DNA from: Minisyncoccota bacterium
GTDB lineage: Bacteria > Patescibacteriota > Minisyncoccia > Phycocordibacterales > GWA1-40-21
Direction: 5' to 3'
DNA length: 64,000 nt
Assembly: GCA_041664585.1 (NCBI GenBank)
Contig: JBAYKL010000003.1
Location: 49,074 to 113,073 of the forward strand
Shown here piece after piece: positions 47,614 to 59,468 of the stretch; the stretch's first letter is position 1; every line of letters begins with the position of its first letter. The notes under the pieces are model-generated. The model was given only the letters and a program-made list of their open reading frames with translations, was not told the DNA's origin and did no database searches. Both the position numbers and the translations under genes were made by a program.

Positions 47614-48675
47614 ATGGATTACAAAAGTGAATTAGCAGATTTGATAAAAACAGTTGCTCAGGAAGGAGCTTCTGATTTACATCTTTCTGAAGGCAGAAGA
47701 CCCACTATTAGAGTTTCTGGTTTTCTAATTCCTCTTGTAAAAAAAGATGTTCTTACCAAAGATAGTTTAGATGGTATCATCACATTACTTCTTACGAAAG
47801 AGAACAAAGACCTTTTCCTAAAGAACAAGGAAATGGATTTTTCATATAATACTGATGAGGGGATAAGATTTAGAGGTAATGCGTATTTCCAGCAAGGTTC
47901 TATAAGTATTGCTCTTAGGCTTATACCTAAAAAAATTAGAAGTTTTGAAGAATTAAATCTTCCAGAAATATTAAAATCTTTTGCGGATAGAGAGCAAGGT
48001 TTTTTCCTCGTGGTTGGTCCAGTTGGACATGGTAAATCTACAACTCTTGCGGCGATGATAGAAAGTATAAACGATAGTAGGGCAGAACACATCCTTACCA
48101 TTGAAGACCCTATAGAATATTTATATGAACAAAAGAAATCTATTATAGATCAAAGAGAAGTGAGAATAGACACCGAAGATTTCCCTACAGCTTTGCAGAG
48201 TATGTTCAGAGAAGACATAGACGTTGCTTTGATCGGAGAGATGCGTGGTGCAGAAACCATAGCAACAGCTGTTACCGCTGCAGAAACAGGTCACTTAGTA
48301 TTTTCTACTCTACATACAAATAGTGCTTCACAGACGATAAGTAGAATTATAGATTCTTTTCCTGCTGAGCAGCAGAATCAAATTAGAGTTCAACTTGCTG
48401 GAAGCTTAAATGGTATATTTTCTCAACGCTTAGTTCCAAGAGTCTCTGGAGGTCTTATCCCGGCTTACGAACTTCTTATAAATAACACAGCAATTTCAAA
48501 TCTTATAAGAGAAAATAGAATTCATGAGATAAATTCTGTTATAGAAACATCTTCTCAGGATGGAATGGTAGATATGAATAGATCCCTTGCAGAGTTGGTA
48601 TCAAAAGGGGAGATAACCATAGAGGATGCTTATAGACATGCTTTAGATCCAAAAGTTTTGGAAAGAATGCTTTAA
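47614..48675 (+). CDS. pilT: twitching-motility/retraction ATPase PilT
   Basis: Walker A VVGPVGHGKSTTLAAMI, Asp/His boxes, about 350 aa, typical of PilT. Confidence 0.85.
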   Translation: MDYKSELADLIKTVAQEGASDLHLSEGRRPTIRVSGFLIPLVKKDVLTKDSLDGIITLLLTKENKDLFLKNKEMDFSYNTDEGIRFRGNAYFQQGSISIALRLIPKKIRSFEELNLPEILKSFADREQGFFLVVGPVGHGKSTTLAAMIESINDSRAEHILTIEDPIEYLYEQKKSIIDQREVRIDTEDFPTALQSMFREDIDVALIGEMRGAETIATAVTAAETGHLVFSTLHTNSASQTISRIIDSFPAEQQNQIRVQLAGSLNGIFSQRLVPRVSGGLIPAYELLINNTAISNLIRENRIHEINSVIETSSQDGMVDMNRSLAELVSKGEITIEDAYRHALDPKVLERML

Positions 48676-48690
48676 TTTAATAATTTATAA

Positions 48691-49896
48691 ATGACTTTCA
48701 AATATAAAACAATAGATGCTAATGGGGGACAACTTTCTGGTGTTATAGATGCTATAAATATGGAAGTTGCTATAAGTGCCTTACAAAAAAGAGGACTTAC
48801 TATTGTTTCTATATCTCCAGAACAAGTTGGTTCGTTTTTTGAAAAAAACATTACCTTTTTTGAAAGGGTTTCCAATAAAGACGTCGTTATTCTTTCAAGA
48901 CAGATGGCAACTCTTTTTGAGGCCCAGGTTTCCGCTCTTAGAGTTTTCCAACTTCTTGCTATGCAGTCAGAGAATCCTACTCTTAGAAAGAAATTAAAAG
49001 AAGTTGTAGATGACTTGCAGGCTGGTAGTACTATTTCGAATGCTTTAGCTAAACATCCAAAGGTATTTTCTCAATTTTATATAAATATGGTTAAGTCTGG
49101 AGAAGAGTCTGGTAAATTGGATCAAACTTTTATGTATTTGGCAGACTATTTGGACAGAACATACGAGGTTTCTTCAAAGGTTAAGACTGCTCTTATATAT
49201 CCTGCCTTCGTTATATTTACTTTTGTCGCTGTTATGGTACTTATGCTTACAGTAGTTATTCCAAAAATCAGCGTTATTTTGAAAGATTCTGGTCAAGAAG
49301 TTCCTATATATACTAAGATCGTTATGGGCTTTTCTGATTTTCTTTTAAATTACGGAATATTTTTCTTAATTGTACTTATTATCGGTGGTTTCTTCTTGTG
49401 GAGGTATTTGATGACAGAAAATGGTAAATACTCTTTGGATAGTGCGAAAATAAATACTCCATTTATCAAAAATCTTTATAGTAAGCTATATCTTTCAAGA
49501 ATTGCGGATAACATGAATACTATGCTTCTTTCTGGTATACCTATGGTTAGAGGTTTGGATCTTACGGGTAATGTTGTTGAAAATGTTGTTTTTAAAAAGA
49601 TATTGGATAAAACAGTAGAAGATGTAAAGGGTGGAAGCTCGGTATCAGATGCCTTTGGTAAACATCAAGAAATGCCTGGAATATTCGTACAAATGGTGAA
49701 GATAGGAGAAGAGACTGGTCAGCTTGGAAATATTTTAAAAACCCTCGCTGCTTTTTATAGGAGAGAGGTTACGAACTCTATCGATTCTCTCGTTAGTCTT
49801 ATAGAGCCAGCCATGATCGTCCTTCTTGGTCTTGGTGTTGCTTTCCTTTTGGCTTCTGTTCTTATTCCGATTTACAACATATCTTCTGGAGTTTAG
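48691..49896 (+). CDS. pilC: type IV pilus inner-membrane platform protein PilC/GspF
   Basis: 401 aa with two GspF-type repeats and three TM segments. Confidence 0.8.
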   Translation: MTFKYKTIDANGGQLSGVIDAINMEVAISALQKRGLTIVSISPEQVGSFFEKNITFFERVSNKDVVILSRQMATLFEAQVSALRVFQLLAMQSENPTLRKKLKEVVDDLQAGSTISNALAKHPKVFSQFYINMVKSGEESGKLDQTFMYLADYLDRTYEVSSKVKTALIYPAFVIFTFVAVMVLMLTVVIPKISVILKDSGQEVPIYTKIVMGFSDFLLNYGIFFLIVLIIGGFFLWRYLMTENGKYSLDSAKINTPFIKNLYSKLYLSRIADNMNTMLLSGIPMVRGLDLTGNVVENVVFKKILDKTVEDVKGGSSVSDAFGKHQEMPGIFVQMVKIGEETGQLGNILKTLAAFYRREVTNSIDSLVSLIEPAMIVLLGLGVAFLLASVLIPIYNISSGV

Positions 49897-49907
49897 AAAA
49901 GATTTTA

Positions 49908-49948
49908 AAAATACCTCTGAATCTTATAAGATTCAGAGGTATTTTTTG
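49908..49948 (+). terminator. rho-independent terminator after pilC
   Basis: aaaatacctctgaatc-ttataag-attcagaggtatttttt. Confidence 0.7.
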
Positions 49949-50150
49949 TTTAAAGTTATCCACATACCCCCTTATTTACACTTTTTTGTTAAAAAGGTGT
50001 ATAATATAAACATAAGCCTGAGCTTCGCGCGAAGCTAATTGTTTTTTCAAAAATTTTTCACCTTGAGCAAGTGAAAGACAGAATGAAAAATCACAGGATA
50101 TTTATTAGAGTTAGAGTTAATTGATTTTTATCGATAAAAATTAAAAAAAT

Positions 50151-50561
50151 ATGAATAAAAAAGGTTTTACATTGATTGAGCTTTTGGTGGTTATCGCCAT
50201 CATTGGTATTCTATCTTCAGTCGTTCTTGCTTCATTGAATTCAGCTAGATCAAAAGGATCAAATGCTGCTATAAAGTCTAGTTTGGCTAACATGAGAGCA
50301 CAGGCAGAAATGTATTATGACGGTACAGGTGCAGGAACATATGGTGCATCTAATGCTTTGTGTACAGATGCTGCTTCTGGTATAAAAAATATGGTTGATT
50401 CAGTTAAAGGAATGTCAACTGCTGTTACATGTACTAGCGACGCTAGCTCATGGGCTGTGTCTGCTTTGTTGAAAGATGCAACAACATGGTGTGTTGATTA
50501 CACTGGCAAATCTGCAACAACAACAGGTATCGCTTCCTCAACTCCGTTTAAATGTAGCTAA
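50151..50561 (+). CDS. pilA: major type IV pilin candidate (short, own promoter and terminator)
   Basis: MNKKG|FTLIELLVVIAIIGIL; 136 aa; C-terminal Cys pair C...C; strong extended -10 (tgtataat) promoter upstream and terminator downstream. Confidence 0.75.
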   Translation: MNKKGFTLIELLVVIAIIGILSSVVLASLNSARSKGSNAAIKSSLANMRAQAEMYYDGTGAGTYGASNALCTDAASGIKNMVDSVKGMSTAVTCTSDASSWAVSALLKDATTWCVDYTGKSATTTGIASSTPFKCS

Positions 50562-50595
50562 ACTTTATTAAGACTTCTTAATAATTAAAAAGAAA

Positions 50596-50625
50596 AAACT
50601 CGCAATCGCGAGTTTTTTCTTTTTT
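50596..50625 (+). terminator. rho-independent terminator after pilA
   Basis: aaaaaactcgc-aat-cgcgagtttttt. Confidence 0.7.
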
Positions 50626-50647
50626 ATAAAATGATATAATATTAAGC

Positions 50648-52132
50648 ATGATAAAAATCACTAAACAAATTTTACTCCTCATTATTGTTATTTTAATAAT
50701 CATTGGCTTCTATTTTGGTTATAATTATTTTATAGATAGCAAATTAAGATCTGATGCAAAAAGACTTTCGGAGAGGGAATTATATATTAATACAAAGTTT
50801 GGTGGTTTGGTTGATAAAACAAAGATGACAGAAGGTTTTTGGTATACGGTAAAGGATCAATATGGCAATGAAAGCATAGCCTTTTTTGATCCTAGCGCTT
50901 TGGCTGGAAGTGATCTTACCCAAGAAGAGATAGACATGATCTACGGTCAGGTAAAAAGCTCTGAGATTTCAGATAAGAATCGATATGAAGTGGTTCCGGA
51001 AGAAAAATTATCGGAAAATATGCAATTTTATAATTCAGTCCTTTCTTCTCCTGTGTCACAAAATGAAAATCAGTATGTGGATATAAAAAAGAATCTAATT
51101 TCTCTTTTTAAAAATGGGAATGCTACCAAAGACGATCTCATCCAGCTTGCTTATATTTATGAGTTAGAGGGTAAATATTCAGACAAGGATTTAATTAATA
51201 AAAAAATATGTGCATCTTTTAAAATTAGATGTACTCAAGATTTGCAAATAGAGATAAGGGGTTATGTAAAAGATTCTCGTGGCTGGCTTGTTCAAAATGC
51301 AAAAGTTGATGTTCTAAGTGATGATAATGCGTCATCTGTTTTGACAAATGAAAATGGTGCATATTTGATAAAGATGAAAGCGAATGAATTACAAAAGATT
51401 CGTTTAAAAGTCACAAAAAAGGGATATTCTGATGGTATTGTTAGCCTTCAGGTTTTGTATAAAGAGCAAAAGAAATATCAAGCAGAAGATGCGGTAATTA
51501 AAAATGCCAACTATCAATTTACTTTAGATACAAAAAAGAGGACAATAACTGGTGATGACAATAAAATAGAAGGGGATACGGCAATTGTGAAAACCTCTCA
51601 AAGCACATACTCGATACCTTTAAATGTATTTTTTGATAAAAATGGAAATTATTTTAGTGGGCAGGTTGAGATTGTGGCTTATGAATTTACTAGAGAAACT
51701 GTACCTGTAAGTATTATGGCGGTAGATACTTTTGACACCGTTCGAGGATACGCTGGGAATCTTATGCAAACCTTTGGTATGCCATATATACAGTTCTATG
51801 ACAAAGATGGGGGAGATTTGTTTGTAAGAAAAAGCTCACCGATTAAACTTATTTACAAAATGTATCATATGGAAGATCTATATTCTGGCGATACAAACAT
51901 ATATGAACCAGTTACAGAAAAGGATGTTTCCGAGATGATTACTTATTGTAAAAATAGTAAGGAAGAGTATCCAATTACGAGAGAGTTTTTGATTGAAAAT
52001 CGACTTCTTAAGTTCCCAGCATGGTGGATTTTTGACCAAAGTAAAGGGGTTTGGGACAATATTGGCTACAAATTACTCGATTCAAGTGGAACGATAGAAA
52101 CCATCTTCTATACAATTAAAGATGTGGTATAA
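50648..52132 (+). CDS. hypothetical 494-aa protein with N-terminal TM anchor, inside the pilus locus
   Basis: Single N-terminal TM (ILLLIIVILIIIGFYF), large extracytoplasmic domain, no recognised motif. Confidence 0.5.
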   Translation: MIKITKQILLLIIVILIIIGFYFGYNYFIDSKLRSDAKRLSERELYINTKFGGLVDKTKMTEGFWYTVKDQYGNESIAFFDPSALAGSDLTQEEIDMIYGQVKSSEISDKNRYEVVPEEKLSENMQFYNSVLSSPVSQNENQYVDIKKNLISLFKNGNATKDDLIQLAYIYELEGKYSDKDLINKKICASFKIRCTQDLQIEIRGYVKDSRGWLVQNAKVDVLSDDNASSVLTNENGAYLIKMKANELQKIRLKVTKKGYSDGIVSLQVLYKEQKKYQAEDAVIKNANYQFTLDTKKRTITGDDNKIEGDTAIVKTSQSTYSIPLNVFFDKNGNYFSGQVEIVAYEFTRETVPVSIMAVDTFDTVRGYAGNLMQTFGMPYIQFYDKDGGDLFVRKSSPIKLIYKMYHMEDLYSGDTNIYEPVTEKDVSEMITYCKNSKEEYPITREFLIENRLLKFPAWWIFDQSKGVWDNIGYKLLDSSGTIETIFYTIKDVV

Positions 52133-52172
52133 TTATTAGTAAGGTTTAATTTATTAATTTTAATATTTAAGT

Positions 52173-53234
52173 ATGAATTTTTATTCAAAAAAATCTAAGG
52201 TTGGTATTTTGTTTATTTTAGTTTTAATTATTATTTTGGCTGTCGCAGGCTTCTTTATTGCTAGACAATATACAAAAGCAAATACTGATTATATTTGTAC
52301 CAAGGTAACTTATGGTGCGTGTGTTATTGATAATACTCAAACACAGAGTAATTTTTCCTGTGTTGATGGGAAATATCAAAGAACTGTAAACGGAATCAAG
52401 TCTATAGCCAACACTTCATTCGCTTGGAGAAGAACTTCTTGCCCTACCAGTGATTATAAAAGCACGGTGCGTGGTAGCTCCAAGGGTGCTTCTGGTTTAA
52501 TTGGTTCAGAAAATGTTTCTGTTGAATATCAGAGCTGTCAGTTTATAGAATATGGTGATTCTTGTGGCGGTGGAGGCAGGACCAGCTGTGTTCCTAAAGA
52601 AGGGGAGTATTTAAATAGTAATGGAGAATGTGTTGCTGTTTCACCTGTAGATTTATGTCCAAACATCCTAGATGGTAAAATTCATAATCAAGCTTATATA
52701 GCTTCAAGTTCTTTGGTTTACAATCCAATAGAGAATAAATGTGATCCAAAAGATACTGATGTTTGTAGTAACCCTGGTATCCAAAGAACAATGCTCGGAT
52801 TCACTTGGAGGGATGGAGCCGGATATTGCCACACAGAGGCTTCTGAGGTTGAGGATAAAAATATTGTTATGGATATAAATTGTTCTACGAATAATGGTCA
52901 GACATGGAATGATTGTTCGAGAGTTGTGCTAGCTTCAAGAAGTCAACCTATAAAATTAAGGCCAATAATAGGTGGAATTATTGACAAAAATGGTCAATAT
53001 GAATGGTTTGATCCATCTAAGGCAGGGCAACCAATTGCATATTTCGATGGTATTGACCCATCAGAAATATCTAACATTGTAAAACCCCTTATGAATCTTA
53101 AGCTTGATACAAAAACCAGGTTTACTAAAGATGTTAGTTTAAAATTTGTTGACAGCAACAATGGAAAATATAATACTTTCACAAAGGCGATTAATATTGT
53201 AATTGCTTCTCAAGATGTCATTATAGAAAGATAA
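52173..53234 (+). CDS. hypothetical 353-aa Cys-rich extracytoplasmic protein with N-terminal TM anchor, inside the pilus locus
   Basis: N-terminal TM; about 20 Cys residues in the exported domain. Confidence 0.5.
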   Translation: MNFYSKKSKVGILFILVLIIILAVAGFFIARQYTKANTDYICTKVTYGACVIDNTQTQSNFSCVDGKYQRTVNGIKSIANTSFAWRRTSCPTSDYKSTVRGSSKGASGLIGSENVSVEYQSCQFIEYGDSCGGGGRTSCVPKEGEYLNSNGECVAVSPVDLCPNILDGKIHNQAYIASSSLVYNPIENKCDPKDTDVCSNPGIQRTMLGFTWRDGAGYCHTEASEVEDKNIVMDINCSTNNGQTWNDCSRVVLASRSQPIKLRPIIGGIIDKNGQYEWFDPSKAGQPIAYFDGIDPSEISNIVKPLMNLKLDTKTRFTKDVSLKFVDSNNGKYNTFTKAINIVIASQDVIIER

Positions 53235-53257
53235 TTTATATCTTTAATTATAAGAAA

Positions 53258-53290
53258 ACAAAACCCCACTAAAATGGGGTTTTGTTTTTG
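53258..53290 (+). terminator. rho-independent terminator
   Basis: aaaaccccac-taaaa-tggggtttt plus T tract. Confidence 0.65.
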
Positions 53291-53314
53291 ATTTAAAAAT
53301 TATATAATATGTAT

Positions 53315-53803
53315 ATGAAAATTAACTTCAAAAAAGGATTTAGCATAGCCGAGATAGTTGTAGTTGTTGGTATTATGGCCCTTCTTACTACCTTAGTTTA
53401 TACATCACTTGATGGTTCAAAAAAACAGAGTAGAGATCAAAAGAGGGTTTCTGATATAAGCTCAGTTCAACTCGCTTTAGAACAGTTTTACGCAAGAAAT
53501 AAATATTATCCAAACTCTTTGTCTATAAATAGTACCGATGATTTATCTAAATATTTATCTTCTGTTCCAGATGGAGTAGTGTATGCCCCACTAGTCAGCA
53601 TAAATCCTAGTGATCCTATTCCAAACACTAAGTGTAGCTCATATCATTTATATATATCGTTGGAGTCACAAATTTCTGTGTTAGATTCTAAAAAGGGTTT
53701 TAATTCATTAACTACAGTCACACCAAGTTGTATTATTAGTCCTGATAAAAGAATAGACGCATCGGCTGCGGTTGCACCTTTGATTTACGACGTAACTCCT
53801 TAA
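53315..53803 (+). CDS. pseudopilin/minor pilin-like protein
   Basis: MKINFKKG|FSIAEIVVVVGIMALL class III signal (Glu +5). Confidence 0.7.
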   Translation: MKINFKKGFSIAEIVVVVGIMALLTTLVYTSLDGSKKQSRDQKRVSDISSVQLALEQFYARNKYYPNSLSINSTDDLSKYLSSVPDGVVYAPLVSINPSDPIPNTKCSSYHLYISLESQISVLDSKKGFNSLTTVTPSCIISPDKRIDASAAVAPLIYDVTP

Positions 53804-53812
53804 ATTAATTTT

Positions 53813-54610
53813 GTGATTTTATTTAATACACTTTTATTTTTTATATTTGGTGCGATCATAGGGAGTTTTTTGAATGTTGTTGTTCTGAGATATAACACGG
53901 GTTGTTCTTTTGTGAAGGGAAGATCCAAGTGTTTTTCTTGTTCCAAAGAGCTTTCATGGTATGAACTCGTGCCGATTTTTAGTTTTTTATTTTTAAAAGG
54001 TAGATGTTTTGGTTGCAAGAGTAAAATCTCTATTCAATATCCACTTGTAGAATTTATTACTGGTGTACTTTTTTCCTTTGTTTTTCTAAAGTTTGGTTTT
54101 GATACTTTTTTGCCAGCATACTTATTTATTACAGCCTTGCTTGTAGCAATGGCCATATATGATTTTATGCACAAAATTATTCCAGATGGAATGGTTTTTG
54201 TATTTGATCTGTTGGCACTTATTTTGGTTTTTATGAAGACTGGTTTTATCAGTTCTTTTCAAATGCCGGGCTTTCTTAATTTATTTGCAGGAATAGTCTT
54301 ATTTGCTTTCTTCGGTGGTCTCTGGCTTGTTTCTTCTGGTAAATGGATGGGGTTTGGTGATGCCAAGCTTTCCCTCGGTATCGGATGGCTTCTTGGTATG
54401 TCTGGAGGTATTTTTTCTATAATGTTGGCTTTCTGGATTGGAGCTATATTTAGTATAGTTTTACTTATTTTAGAGAAGTTGAATTTATCCAATAAAAAGC
54501 TTACAATTAAAAGTGAAATACCTTTTGCCCCGTTTATAATATTTGCTTTTTTCATTGAATTTTTATTGGGCTGGGGCTCGGTTTATGTTGGTTATTTATT
54601 TAATTTTTAA
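53813..54610 (+). CDS. pilD: prepilin peptidase (A24 family) PilD
   Basis: N-terminal Zn-binding CxxC...CxxC (CFSCSKE...CFGCKSK), 8 TM, DxxxG catalytic-region pattern (MGFGDAKL). Confidence 0.8.
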   Translation: MILFNTLLFFIFGAIIGSFLNVVVLRYNTGCSFVKGRSKCFSCSKELSWYELVPIFSFLFLKGRCFGCKSKISIQYPLVEFITGVLFSFVFLKFGFDTFLPAYLFITALLVAMAIYDFMHKIIPDGMVFVFDLLALILVFMKTGFISSFQMPGFLNLFAGIVLFAFFGGLWLVSSGKWMGFGDAKLSLGIGWLLGMSGGIFSIMLAFWIGAIFSIVLLILEKLNLSNKKLTIKSEIPFAPFIIFAFFIEFLLGWGSVYVGYLFNF

Positions 54611-55279
54611 ATGATAAAAAAGAACCTTAAAAAAATAAATTCGGCCGGGTTTACTCTTGTAGAGCTTTTGGTCACTCTTTCTATTTTTGCTGTTACTACT
54701 GGTATCGTTATGACAAGTCAGGGTAAGTTTGATAATAGTATTTTACTTACAAATACAGCATATGATATAGCTCTTACTTTGCGTCAGGCGCAGACTTTTG
54801 GAGTTAACGTAAAAGAGGGTTCTGGTAATGCTTCCAGTAAATTTAATCCATATGGGGTTGTTTTTAATAATTCAGTAAAAACAAGATTTGATCTTTTCGA
54901 AGACCTTCCGGGCGGTAGCGGGGGTAGTAATTATAGATATAAATATGATGGTAATTTTATATGTGTGACTAATGTAGACTTAGAATGTGTTAGCGGCTTT
55001 AAGATTAAAAGAGGACATTATGTAAAATCAATTTCTATTTATGATAATGCTGGAGCATCTTCATCTGTTGACGTTTTGAATATAAGTTTTATTAGACCTA
55101 ATCCTGAGGCAATAATAGTGGCAGATGTTGGAGCCAATATTGGAAGTTATAATCCAGCTCTTCCATCGGCTTTCTTTAATTTACCAAAATCTGCAGAGAT
55201 TGTTATCTCTTCTGCTGATAATTCAGCAACAAGAACTATAATAGTAACCAAAGTAGGACAAATTTATGTTAAAAGATAA
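54611..55279 (+). CDS. minor pilin (GspH/FimT-like)
   Basis: AG|FTLVELLVTLSIFAV prepilin motif. Confidence 0.7.
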   Translation: MIKKNLKKINSAGFTLVELLVTLSIFAVTTGIVMTSQGKFDNSILLTNTAYDIALTLRQAQTFGVNVKEGSGNASSKFNPYGVVFNNSVKTRFDLFEDLPGGSGGSNYRYKYDGNFICVTNVDLECVSGFKIKRGHYVKSISIYDNAGASSSVDVLNISFIRPNPEAIIVADVGANIGSYNPALPSAFFNLPKSAEIVISSADNSATRTIIVTKVGQIYVKR

Positions 55280-55943
55280 TTCAAAATTTAATAAGGGTTT
55301 TACTTTAGTCGAAATGCTCGTTGCCATTGCTGTTTTTATGATTGTTATGACAGTAGCTGTCGGTTCTCTGGTTTCAATAATAGATGCTAATAGAAAAGCT
55401 CAGGCAATAAAAAATGTTGTTAATAATATAAATTTTGCTTTGGAAAGTATTTCAAAGGATATGAGAGTTGGAACAAATTTCTTCTGTTTGACTAACGCGT
55501 TATATAATAATGGAACTTATACAAGTGGAGAGTATGTTAATGATGAAGATGCTTGTAAGATTGGTTCTGTTGGGGTTGGATATAAGAAGGAGAAAAACAA
55601 GTACGTTTATTATAGATTTTTTCCTGGAGACAGTAGTGTTTTAGGAGAGAAGGGTAATATTAGAAAATGTGTCAGCTCCAGTTTTCCAGATTGTAATGAT
55701 TGGGAAAGTATTACTGCACCAGCTTACAATGTTCAAATTACAAGTATGAAGTTCTATGTCTTAGGTGCCGATACTCTTTTTGATGCTGCTGGTGTCTATA
55801 CCAATAAGTCAAAGACTCAAGATTCATGGAGACAACCAAGGGTTATAATTGCCTTGGAAGGGACAGCTGGTATTAAGGATAATGTGAAAACAACTTTCAA
55901 TATTCAAACAACTGTTTCTCAGAGAATAAGAGAAATACATTAA
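55266..55943 (+). CDS. minor pilin (PilW-like)
   Basis: KG|FTLVEMLVAIAVFMIV prepilin motif. Confidence 0.7.
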   Translation: MLKDNSKFNKGFTLVEMLVAIAVFMIVMTVAVGSLVSIIDANRKAQAIKNVVNNINFALESISKDMRVGTNFFCLTNALYNNGTYTSGEYVNDEDACKIGSVGVGYKKEKNKYVYYRFFPGDSSVLGEKGNIRKCVSSSFPDCNDWESITAPAYNVQITSMKFYVLGADTLFDAAGVYTNKSKTQDSWRQPRVIIALEGTAGIKDNVKTTFNIQTTVSQRIREIH

Positions 55944-55946
55944 TAT

Positions 55947-56537
55947 ATGTTATATGTAAAAAATAAAAAAAGAATAGAAGGGTTTACGTTAGTGGAGTCA
56001 CTTGTTGCTATTTCTATTTTGATGGTTGCTATCGTTGCCCCTATGACAATCGCTCAGAAAGGTCTAGGCTCTGCTTCATATTCTAAAGATCAGATGACCG
56101 CATCTTTTTTGGCTCAAGATGCGATTGAGTTTATAAAAAACAAGAGAGATGAGATTGGTTTGAGGAAGGTTGCTGTTAAAGCAGATCCGATTGACGCTGA
56201 ATGGCTTGGGAGTAACTCGGCTTTGATTTTGTTGGACATTTATAATAAGTGTCTAAATCAAACATGTTATGTTGATACTGTGATTGAGAATATAAGTAAT
56301 ACTCCTAGTAACGTCTATTTAATCAGAAATTCTTCAGATCATAGTTTTATCTATTACGGTAATCAAAATTCAAATTCTGGTTACGAATCAGAACTATCTA
56401 AATTCAAAAGAGAGGTAACCGTGAAATATCCTGCATCTAGTAGTTTGGACGAAGCCCTTATCACAGTCAAAGTATCTTGGCCAGGTGAAACGATCACTGT
56501 TCAAAGCTTTATTTATAATTACTGGGAAAACCTATAG
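55947..56537 (+). CDS. minor pilin (PilV/GspI-like)
   Basis: EG|FTLVESLVAISILMVA prepilin motif. Confidence 0.7.
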   Translation: MLYVKNKKRIEGFTLVESLVAISILMVAIVAPMTIAQKGLGSASYSKDQMTASFLAQDAIEFIKNKRDEIGLRKVAVKADPIDAEWLGSNSALILLDIYNKCLNQTCYVDTVIENISNTPSNVYLIRNSSDHSFIYYGNQNSNSGYESELSKFKREVTVKYPASSSLDEALITVKVSWPGETITVQSFIYNYWENL

Positions 56538-56539
56538 AT

Positions 56540-59135
<2,596 letters not shown>

Positions 59136-59179
59136 ACTTTTATATTCTAAATTCTGTCTGAATATGCTATATTTACCCT

Positions 59180-59464
59180 ATGTTGGAAATTAAAGATATA
59201 GAAAAGCTTGCCAAATTAGCCAGAATTGAGCTAACTACAGAGGAAAAGGAGGACCTGCTTAAGGAAGTAGATCCTATTTTAGGTTATGTAGCACTCCTTA
59301 AGGAAGTTGTTTCTTCTGTTGGAGAAACTAAAAAGGCAGGGGAACTTAGAAATGTAACAAGAGAGGATTCTTTGCCAACTGAGTCTGGATTAAATACTGA
59401 AGTGTTAGTCGCTGATATGCCAGAATCTCAAGATAATTATTTGAAGGTAAAGAAAATTTTATAA
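59180..59464 (+). CDS. gatC: Asp-tRNA(Asn)/Glu-tRNA(Gln) amidotransferase subunit C
   Basis: 94 aa, ...VEKLAKLARIELTEEE... typical of GatC, directly upstream of gatA. Confidence 0.8.
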   Translation: MLEIKDIEKLAKLARIELTTEEKEDLLKEVDPILGYVALLKEVVSSVGETKKAGELRNVTREDSLPTESGLNTEVLVADMPESQDNYLKVKKIL

Positions 59465-59468
59465 TTTT

